Below are positions 47,584 to 55,073 of a stretch of DNA of 55,073 nt, piece by piece. Source of the DNA: an uncultured virus (IMG/VR IMGVR_UViG_3300045911_000603) (lineage: Duplodnaviria; Heunggongvirae; Uroviricota; Caudoviricetes); the IMG/VR virus record IMGVR_UViG_3300045911_000603; one strand, 5' to 3'. Positions within the stretch are counted from its first letter, which is position 1; each line of letters opens with the position of its first letter. Made by a program: the position numbers and the translations under genes. The notes beneath the pieces were generated by a model. It was given only the letters and a program-made list of their open reading frames with translations. It did not search any database and had not been told where the DNA came from.

Positions 47584-47982
47584 ATGAATACCAGCGAAAC
47601 AGACGTTGATTGCAAGGTGGGAGATTCCGATGGTAGGCATTTGGTCCATCGCCTTGTTCGGGGATTTTCGCCTTGTCGAGTGCAACGCCGCAGGTCTAAG
47701 GGCTGGCGGATGCCGGAAAACACCGTGAGCGTATGCAGGCCGGGCAAGTGGGGAAATCCATTTCCGGTGGGCAAACCTGCCAAGGATGTCCCTGCGAAAT
47801 ACCGTGGAATTGTCGCCACCGACCCCTCGCACGCAGTTGAGTTATATAGGCAGCTAATTGCAGAATACGGCCTCCCTTTTGATTGCGACATCGAGGAATT
47901 GCGCGGCAAGAATCTTGCCTGCTGGTGCAAGGCTGGAGAGCCATGCCATGCCGACATTCTGCTTGAACTTGCGAACGCATAA
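47584..47982 (+). CDS. DUF4326-family protein
   Basis: RPGKWGNPF, LRGKNLACWC and PCHADIL. Confidence 0.9.
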   Translation: MNTSETDVDCKVGDSDGRHLVHRLVRGFSPCRVQRRRSKGWRMPENTVSVCRPGKWGNPFPVGKPAKDVPAKYRGIVATDPSHAVELYRQLIAEYGLPFDCDIEELRGKNLACWCKAGEPCHADILLELANA

Positions 47983-47986
47983 GCTC

Positions 47987-48613
47987 ATGGACGCCGACCC
48001 TAAATATCCTCAGCAAGAAGGGCGACTCTCGGCGTTCCATGCAGCGTCTTGTTCGTCTTTGCCGCCGGTCCTGGATGCGTCTTGCTCTACTCGGATGTTC
48101 TGGTTCGACAAGCAAGATGACCGTGCGCTGTATGTGGACAAACGCCAAGTGACCCGCATCATAGATGTTGGCACGCCGGGGACGATTGGACGCACACCAA
48201 AAACCGTTGCTCCTGACATCGTGGCAGACTTCCGCAATCTGCGATTTCCCGATTGTTCGTTCTGGCACGTTGTGTTCGACCCGCCGCACTTCCACAAAGG
48301 AGCAGGCGCGACCGGGCGCATAGCCTTCGACTTCGGCCTACTGGATGCCACATGGCGAGAAGACCTCCGAGCAGGAATCGCTGAGTGCTTCCGCGTCCTC
48401 AAGGGTAACGGGACGCTGATCTTCAAATGGTGCGAGGCTGAAATACCGCTCCGCGAAGTGTTGGCACTCACGCCAGAACGCCCGCTCTACGGCCACCGGA
48501 GCGGAAAGAAAGCGCAGACTCACTGGGTGGCATTCTTGAAGCCGAACGTCCGTGATGACCGGCAGCTACCCGGCCACACGGCGCAACCTCAAAACCAACC
48601 TCCGACCGGGTAG
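47987..48613 (+). CDS. Small SAM-dependent (probably adenine DNA) methyltransferase
   Basis: VLDASCSTRMFWFDK, PD..ADFR, VVFDPPH, ECFRVLK..GTLIFKW. Confidence 0.88.
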   Translation: MDADPKYPQQEGRLSAFHAASCSSLPPVLDASCSTRMFWFDKQDDRALYVDKRQVTRIIDVGTPGTIGRTPKTVAPDIVADFRNLRFPDCSFWHVVFDPPHFHKGAGATGRIAFDFGLLDATWREDLRAGIAECFRVLKGNGTLIFKWCEAEIPLREVLALTPERPLYGHRSGKKAQTHWVAFLKPNVRDDRQLPGHTAQPQNQPPTG

Positions 48614-48645
48614 CTTTTCGGTCGATCACATTGTTCGACAATTTG

Positions 48646-48894
48646 ATGCCACGCAAGAAATCCCAAATCAAAACAGATCGCCTGAACTTTTGGCTGCCCA
48701 ATGCCCTTTGCGAGCGGGTTAAAAAGGTGGCGGCAGAGAAGGGATGGACGATCACAGAAGCCGCTCGAAACCTCATAGCCGAAGGGCTGGAAAGCCACGG
48801 AAGGTCCAGTCTGCGCGACGAAATCGAGGAGTTGAAACGACGCATGGATATTTTGTCGAACGCCCAAGATCACCAACAGAAGGAAGCAAAATGA
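48646..48894 (+). CDS. Ribbon-helix-helix DNA-binding protein
   Basis: RLNFWLP..L.ERVKK.A...G.TITE..RNLI..GL. Confidence 0.7.
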   Translation: MPRKKSQIKTDRLNFWLPNALCERVKKVAAEKGWTITEAARNLIAEGLESHGRSSLRDEIEELKRRMDILSNAQDHQQKEAK

Positions 48895-49208
48895 AATCTG
48901 AACAACACGATCCCAAGCGACTCGCCGAGGTAATGAGATCAGTCATAGAACTGGTCTATGCTGCAAGAGATGTTAGGGAAATGATGTCTCGTCCACCCGG
49001 AGGTAAAGACATGCGTGATATTGCCCGAGTGTTTGCGCGGCTGCATCTTGCGCTGGAGCCGTTTTCTGATTTGCCGAACGTCAAGGTCAGCCACGAGGCT
49101 GGCGAGAAAGGAGCAACGAAAAGCCTTCGGGAAATCTGCCAAGATCTGCTTGCCGCCTGCCCAGACAAAAAACTTCCAGAAGTCCAAACCTTTCTAAAAT
49201 CCCTGTAA
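48891..49208 (+). CDS. Hypothetical protein
   Basis: Coupled on both sides (ATGA and TAATG). Confidence 0.55.
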   Translation: MKSEQHDPKRLAEVMRSVIELVYAARDVREMMSRPPGGKDMRDIARVFARLHLALEPFSDLPNVKVSHEAGEKGATKSLREICQDLLAACPDKKLPEVQTFLKSL

Positions 49209-50974
49209 TGGCCAAAGAACTCACCCAAAACGAAATAACCAGCCGGGAATTGGAACGGCTTGTCGCCAAAATAGAACAAAAGGATTTACGAGAACAAATC
49301 CAACAAGCTATTGCCAAGTTGGAACTTCATAAAAGCTACGGGCTGCGTTTTGAACGACACATTCCAGAAATCATCACACACGACAACAAACCAATTCCCC
49401 TTGGTGGTAAATACTTCCCATGGCTCAAAAAAATAGACCAAGTGCAAGGTGCAAAACCCAAAGGTCCAGAGCATATCCTAATCGAATCAGATAACTACGT
49501 TGCCTTAAAATATCTACAATACACACACCAAGGAAAAATTGACGTAATTTATATTGATCCACCATATAACACAGGCGCGAAAGATTGGAAGTATAACAAT
49601 AACTACGTCGATGGCGAAGATGTGTTTCGGCACAGCAAATGGTTATCATTCATGGAAAAAAGGCTAAAACTAGCAAAAAGGCTTCTAAATCCAGACGGAG
49701 TGCTTATTTGCTCTATTGACCACTATGAACTATTTCCACTAGGCATGCTGCTAGAAGAAATCTTCAAGGGGTGGGAAGTTACACAAACGGTTGTAGTAAA
49801 TAATCCATCAGGACGCTATAATCAGCCGTTCTCCACATGCCACGAATACCACTTGATAGTCCACAGACCCAATAAAAAAAGTAAGCCAATTTTTCTTTCC
49901 GAAACCGAGTTGGGAAAAAAATTCCCCAAAAAAGATAACTCCGGAAGATACAAATTAAGAAGTCTAATAAGAAACTCAAATACTGCCGGACTAAGAAAAC
50001 AAAGACCACTCATGTGGTTTCCTATCTGGGTTGACAAAGAAGGAAAGAACATATCAATAGAAAAAAAATCTGAAGAACAAACCCCACTATTCCCCATCGA
50101 CAGCAAAGGAATAGAAAGAACATGGTATTGGAATAAAACCGGAGTAGAGACAAAACTGAACGATATAATAGCAATAAAAAGTAAAGGACTCATAAAACTC
50201 TACTTCAAAGAAAGAGAAAAAACCGGAGTATCCCCTAAAACGGTTTGGATGGGACCAGAACATAACTACACAACACAAGGAACAGGCACGTTAAAAGACC
50301 TACTACCATCCACCACATTCAATTTCCCAAAGTCTGTAGAAACCGTCAAATTCGCCATCGACCGTTTTCTACCAAGAAACGGAACCTGCTTAGATTTTTT
50401 CGCAGGATCAGGCACGACCTTCCAAGCCGTTGCAGAACTCAACGAAGCCGATGGTGGAACACGCCAGTGCATCCTTGTTACCAACAATGAGTCTAACATC
50501 TGCCGAGAAGTCACATGGGAACGGGTGAAAAGGGTCACCACCGGAACCCATGCCTATGCCGAATGCACCAAAAAATACGATGGGAACCCAAGAGCCCACG
50601 CAACATTCTACACTGTAGAGATCTACAGTGAAAACGAAATCGAGAAGATTTCCCGAGGATGGAAGCAAAACATGGAGGGATACCTCCCGCTTCTTTCCAC
50701 AAAGCTCAACCTACCACACAAGTGGACCCGGATACCCGACACAAAAGGTTTCTACCAGAAAGAAGCCGCCATCGTTGACGTGACCGAATTGGACTATGAA
50801 ACACAACAATTCTTAAAGAAATCGGGAGCAAAGACTCTTGCCATCATATCAGATGACAAAGAAGAGTTCCACCTTGCAGCAGCCAGATGCAAAAAAACAA
50901 CCAAGATAAAAGAATACATATTTCTCCCTAGAGAATACACCAACTACTTTGAAAGCTTCCACACAAAAGAATAA
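49208..50974 (+). CDS. mod: Type III R-M methyltransferase subunit
   Basis: YGL.FE.H, LIESDN, IYIDPPYNTG, HSKWLSFM..RL, FPK, LDFFAGSGTT. Confidence 0.92.
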   Translation: MAKELTQNEITSRELERLVAKIEQKDLREQIQQAIAKLELHKSYGLRFERHIPEIITHDNKPIPLGGKYFPWLKKIDQVQGAKPKGPEHILIESDNYVALKYLQYTHQGKIDVIYIDPPYNTGAKDWKYNNNYVDGEDVFRHSKWLSFMEKRLKLAKRLLNPDGVLICSIDHYELFPLGMLLEEIFKGWEVTQTVVVNNPSGRYNQPFSTCHEYHLIVHRPNKKSKPIFLSETELGKKFPKKDNSGRYKLRSLIRNSNTAGLRKQRPLMWFPIWVDKEGKNISIEKKSEEQTPLFPIDSKGIERTWYWNKTGVETKLNDIIAIKSKGLIKLYFKEREKTGVSPKTVWMGPEHNYTTQGTGTLKDLLPSTTFNFPKSVETVKFAIDRFLPRNGTCLDFFAGSGTTFQAVAELNEADGGTRQCILVTNNESNICREVTWERVKRVTTGTHAYAECTKKYDGNPRAHATFYTVEIYSENEIEKISRGWKQNMEGYLPLLSTKLNLPHKWTRIPDTKGFYQKEAAIVDVTELDYETQQFLKKSGAKTLAIISDDKEEFHLAAARCKKTTKIKEYIFLPREYTNYFESFHTKE

Positions 50975-50977
50975 ATT

Positions 50978-53428
50978 ATGGAACCACTACCATTTCAATC
51001 TGAAAAAGCCAAAGAACTCACACAGGAGATTCTTTCAGGCCTGTCCGCTGAAAAGACGAAGATCATCACATTACAAGCTCCAACCGGATCAGGAAAAACA
51101 CTGATCGTAACAGAAGCAATCAGGCCAATCCTCAACGAAGCCGCCTTTATCTGGATGTCATACTACCCGGACATCAACTCCCAGTCGTCTGGCAGGCTAA
51201 AACGCTATGGGATTCCTTCCAATAACATTGAAGAGATTTCAGCCGACGCAGGGATTAACCATTTGGAACGTGGAACCATATACTTCATAAACTTTCAAAA
51301 GCTGGCACCGGGGAACAATCTGGAACGAGGAGGGGATACCATCACCCCATTCAGAACATTATTACAAAATGCCCTATACCAAGGTATCCCTATTGTTGCG
51401 CTAATTGATGAAGCACATTTTGGTAGTGCATCTAGAAGAGACGTTAACGATTCCATGTCTATACTTGAGAATATCATCTGTTCTCCAGAATACCCAATAA
51501 ACTGCATAATAGGAATTACAGCAACCCCCGAACGATTCAAAACCTTGATTGAACGTGTAGAAAAACATCCCAACAACACGGTTGGTGCTAACACTTCACT
51601 GCCAAAAATATCACACGAAACGGTTAAGGAAGCCAAACTTCTTAAACATGATTTAGACATTACTACCGCAGCTCATACTGGAACAGACTTTGCTCGTCAC
51701 GCACATACAATCTGCGGAAATGCATTAAAGGAATGGAAACAAATAAAATTGAGATGGGCGGAAGAAGATGATTCTATTTATCCGCTACTTATCATTCAGA
51801 TTCCAGACAAATTTGACGAAGATAACACGCAGTTTATACAATCTTTTTGCCAACTATACAAAGATGTCACAGAAAGTGATCTAACACCTGATGAAATCAG
51901 GCATTGTTTTTCAGGGGGCAAAAGCCCTTGGGAAATCGAATACATCAAGCCACAAGACATTCAAGAATCATATCATGTCAAAGTGGTGTTTTTCAAATCT
52001 GCACTGACGACAGGATGGGACTGCCCAAGGGCAGAAATGCTCATCTCATTAAGATCTGCAAAAGATCAAACGTCAATCATACAACTTGTTGGAAGAATGC
52101 TCCGAAACCCCAAAGGATTCCAAGTGGAAAACCCTGAAAATCCCGATCTGGACATCGCCTTCCTCTACCTGCCTTTCTACGACAAGGCCGTGCTGGAAAA
52201 CATCCAAAAAGAATACAGAGAAGGGCTTACCGGAGATGTGAGACAGCATGCAGAACGTGTGACCTTAACTTGGAATCCAAAACTATCAGATAAACGTGAA
52301 AGAATAGAAGAAATACTAAAAACTCTTCCAACTGCAAAACGCGTTTGGAAAAGCAAAAACTTAGCAAGTCGAGTAAAAGAGCTTCGGGAAGCACTGATAT
52401 CAGCACCACTCAAAAAAGAAAACATCGACACCAAAAAACTGGCCGGAATGCTCTCCTCCTGGCTGGATGATCTCAAAAATGAGATCATCACATCCGCAGG
52501 GGAACAACTCCACAGAATCAAGGGGAAAACCAAGCTCGAAGGCATCGAACTCCAGAAAATCCGGATGGAAATGCCCATGGCGAGAACGGACCTAGCAGAA
52601 TTGGACGAACGGGATGAAAGAAAATGCTTCCGTCACTTGGAAGACCGGATTCCAAAACTTAAGGAGGGCGTCAGCGAAGACATCCTAAGGGAAGCCAACA
52701 GGGCTTTACGCGAAGACACTACAAAAAACCCGGATGGGCTCAAGTTTCCTATCTTGATTCTCCATGGAAAAGAAAAGCTCCTGCAAATAATCCAAGACTC
52801 CGTTAAACGGTGCCATAAAAAACTGGAAGATGCAGTGGAAATCATTCGCACAGATCTAGCGCAATCCGACTCGAAACCAAGGCGCGAGATGCGGGCTCTC
52901 GCCAGCTCGCTGCTTGACATCGACTGCACAATTGACTACGTGGAATGGGTCTGCCCAGAGGAACAAACATCCATCAAATCAGATGATTGGGTTGAAGCCC
53001 CCAAATGCATCCATTGCTGGGAAGGAAAAGTCCCCCCCGGATCACTGCCAGAACAAGTAGTGCGGAGAAAAATGGAGCAAGACCCCAATGTGGTTGCCTA
53101 CCTGAGAAACCCACAAAAAGGCAACGGGCTTGGCATCCGCTACACCAACCCCAACAGAACCGATGACATCACCTTCCCTGATTTTATCGCCATTGAGAAA
53201 ACAGATGGGGGAAACCACCAGATTCGGATCATCGAATGCAAAGGGATGGAAGAACGTGGGAAGGAACCCCAGAAATACAGGGGGCTTGCTGACTACGAGA
53301 AAAAACTCAGAGGGAACACTCAATTGGTCACCTGCGAATGGGTGGAAGTAGTGGACGGACAAATCAGACGTGCCCGGCCAACAGCAACAACCTACGAGCA
53401 GAGATGCGGGGCGATGAACCTGCTCTAA
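50978..53428 (+). CDS. res: Type III R-M restriction subunit (SF2 helicase plus PD-(D/E)XK nuclease)
   Basis: QAPTGSGKT, IDEAH, TATP, GWDCPRA, QLVGRMLR, FPDFI...IECKG. Confidence 0.88.
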   Translation: MEPLPFQSEKAKELTQEILSGLSAEKTKIITLQAPTGSGKTLIVTEAIRPILNEAAFIWMSYYPDINSQSSGRLKRYGIPSNNIEEISADAGINHLERGTIYFINFQKLAPGNNLERGGDTITPFRTLLQNALYQGIPIVALIDEAHFGSASRRDVNDSMSILENIICSPEYPINCIIGITATPERFKTLIERVEKHPNNTVGANTSLPKISHETVKEAKLLKHDLDITTAAHTGTDFARHAHTICGNALKEWKQIKLRWAEEDDSIYPLLIIQIPDKFDEDNTQFIQSFCQLYKDVTESDLTPDEIRHCFSGGKSPWEIEYIKPQDIQESYHVKVVFFKSALTTGWDCPRAEMLISLRSAKDQTSIIQLVGRMLRNPKGFQVENPENPDLDIAFLYLPFYDKAVLENIQKEYREGLTGDVRQHAERVTLTWNPKLSDKRERIEEILKTLPTAKRVWKSKNLASRVKELREALISAPLKKENIDTKKLAGMLSSWLDDLKNEIITSAGEQLHRIKGKTKLEGIELQKIRMEMPMARTDLAELDERDERKCFRHLEDRIPKLKEGVSEDILREANRALREDTTKNPDGLKFPILILHGKEKLLQIIQDSVKRCHKKLEDAVEIIRTDLAQSDSKPRREMRALASSLLDIDCTIDYVEWVCPEEQTSIKSDDWVEAPKCIHCWEGKVPPGSLPEQVVRRKMEQDPNVVAYLRNPQKGNGLGIRYTNPNRTDDITFPDFIAIEKTDGGNHQIRIIECKGMEERGKEPQKYRGLADYEKKLRGNTQLVTCEWVEVVDGQIRRARPTATTYEQRCGAMNLL

Positions 53429-53498
53429 CCACAAACCTATTGTAATTTTCCCAACTCAGCAGGCTACAGCCCAACTAAGAAACCATGTTTAACCCTAG

Positions 53499-53996
53499 AT
53501 GAAACACTACCTAACCAAAACAGCAGAGACAGCCAGCTCCAATGAACTGGAAGCTGTAAAATCTCTAATCCTACAAGGCATGGACAAGCTAGGATTAAAA
53601 CCAGATCCAATACTGGATGGGGATCTGAGAAACTTACAGGAAACCTACCGCCCCCCAAACTCAATGATCTTGATCCTCGATCCACAAACAAACATCATCG
53701 TCGGTTGTGGAGCCATCCGGACCCACACCAACCAAAGCGGAGAAATGCGCAGAATCTACATCCAAGAATCTCACCAAAACCGTGGAATTGGAACCCAAAT
53801 TATTCGAGAGTTAATCCATCAGGCATCCACTTTAGGTCTCAAACAATTATGGACCAGAACCACCACCAAAAGCAAAGGCACAGAGCTTTACAAAAAGCTG
53901 GGGTTCAAAATACGGCCCTGCACCGATCCCAAAGAAAGGGCCGGAACAGTCGAACTCATAATAACTCCCAAACCAATACTGAAAACAACCAGATGA
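53499..53996 (+). CDS. GNAT acetyltransferase
   Basis: IVGCGAI, EMRRIYI...HQNRGIG and LYKKLGF. Confidence 0.88.
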   Translation: MKHYLTKTAETASSNELEAVKSLILQGMDKLGLKPDPILDGDLRNLQETYRPPNSMILILDPQTNIIVGCGAIRTHTNQSGEMRRIYIQESHQNRGIGTQIIRELIHQASTLGLKQLWTRTTTKSKGTELYKKLGFKIRPCTDPKERAGTVELIITPKPILKTTR

Positions 53997-54326
53997 AACA
54001 CAAAATGTTGCAGTTCGATTTATTTTCTTCATGTTTGTTCTATGAGTTCACACCCCATGTCTGCCGGGAACCGACAGACTGCGCTCGTGGAGTTAGAACA
54101 GCGACGCTCGCAATTTCTCCCTTGTCAGACGCACTGGAGGCGAAGGTCACGAGAGTGCGGAAGGGATGGCCGCAACACTGACAGAAGGCACGGCCCCGAA
54201 ACCCGTTTCGGTAAATGCGGAGATGAGCGACAGGATAGCGACTCCAATAGCGGGGAACCAGTTAACCTGTGACAGTCGGAAAGACGGCCCGCGCACTCGG
54301 CTGGTGACGGGTGCGCGGTCATTTGT

Positions 54327-54659
54327 TCAAACCGTCTTTGTGCGAGGTCTGCCTCTTGGTCGCTTCCCTTGCTGAGGTAAGTTTTCTTCGCCCTCGATTT
54401 TGAGGTCGGTTCGACGGGGTGCTGGGAATATGGTGGGGACCAGAGAGCGGGTGCCATCTTCCCAAGTCAGAATGACATTGCCGACGATGCCATAGTCGTC
54501 TCCTTGCCATTCGATAGCCACGACGGAGCGGAAAGGAGCATGAGGGTCAGCGGTGACGCGGGCCTTTTTGTCGAGCCACCACCGTTGGTATTTTAAGGCG
54601 GCATTGATGCGTCGCTTGCGGCGACGTATCCGTTCTTCGATTGTCATGGGAGCAGGCAT
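54327..54659 (-). CDS. Basic hypothetical protein
   Basis: 110-aa ATG ORF ending in an AT-hook-like KRPRGRPR. Confidence 0.55.
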   Translation of the reverse strand: MPAPMTIEERIRRRKRRINAALKYQRWWLDKKARVTADPHAPFRSVVAIEWQGDDYGIVGNVILTWEDGTRSLVPTIFPAPRRTDLKIEGEENLPQQGKRPRGRPRTKTV

Positions 54660-54729
54660 TGGGTGGTATTGTAGGCTATTGTTCCTGCTGGGTCGATAAA
54701 ATCATCGGGCAGCAGCCTCATCCTGCAAT

Positions 54730-54972
54730 TTAAGGTTTGAGGTTGAGGATGGCGTAGGCGAGTCCATCGGGGATGGGATCGGGGAGTTCCTGTATGGCGT
54801 AGAGGAGTTCGGAGGCGAAGCCGAATTCGCCGGATTCGAGGTTGGCGACAGCGATGGCGAGAGCGGTGAGGGAGGGTTGAGGGAAATGAGATGCGTATTC
54901 GATAGCGGCGTCCGTGGAGGAGAAGAGTTTGAAGAGATCGGGGGAATCGGGGATGTCGGGTTGTTTTGGCAT
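54730..54972 (-). CDS. Hypothetical protein
   Basis: 80-aa ATG ORF. Confidence 0.5.
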   Translation of the reverse strand: MPKQPDIPDSPDLFKLFSSTDAAIEYASHFPQPSLTALAIAVANLESGEFGFASELLYAIQELPDPIPDGLAYAILNLKP

Positions 54973-55073
54973 GGTGAGGTAGGGTTGGGATGGTGAATGT
55001 GTTGGGGATTTACGCATGGGGGAAATGGGGATCGAAGAGGAAAGCCTCCATGGAGTCCTTGGAGGCTTGAGGG

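Larger units (their letters stand above)
47054..48861 (+). mobile_element. Cluster of attC-like sites without an integron integrase (CALIN-like)
   Basis: Imperfect palindromes at 47054-47149, 47340-47439, 47563-47662, 47970-48057 and 48541-48639, bounded by NNCGAAC-like and GTTNNNN cores; half-site at 48855. Confidence 0.65.

Noticed and set aside
1..55073. tRNA, rRNA, replication initiator, relaxase or integron integrase
   Set aside because: None recognisable by eye in this window.

Overview
The window looks like part of a large, probably conjugative extrachromosomal element or ICE. It has no housekeeping genes, and the pilus-cluster style suggests a Verrucomicrobia/PVC host (inference). 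From left to right it contains: (1) the distal end of a CRISPR array (36-bp repeats, 29-31-bp spacers, cut by the left edge, no cas genes visible); (2) a DNA-handling backbone with topoisomerase III, two SSB-like genes, a PcfJ-like protein, an N6-adenine methylase, RecT and a PD-(D/E)XK exonuclease; (3) a ~17-kb cluster joining VirB8/VirB9-like T4SS genes to a type IV pilus set (4 pilins, PilT, PilM/N/O/P-like, secretin, PilB, PilC); (4) a DEDDh exonuclease, an intact hairpin telomere resolvase (protelomerase), a UvrD helicase, a ClpB-D2-like ATPase, an LPD-type polyvalent protein and a WGR-like protein; (5) an ABC operon, a double AAA ATPase and a NUDIX hydrolase; (6) a run of attC-like cassette sites with no integrase; (7) an AT-rich type III R-M island and a GNAT. 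Non-obvious signals: a 16-bp pseudo-palindromic operator before several operons, a methylase cassette between 56/57-bp direct repeats, shared C-terminal tails on putative transferred proteins, an IS200/IS605-like end, strand-biased spacers, and one spacer with a 17-nt match to the element's own pilB. All family calls come from reading motifs by eye, without database searches.
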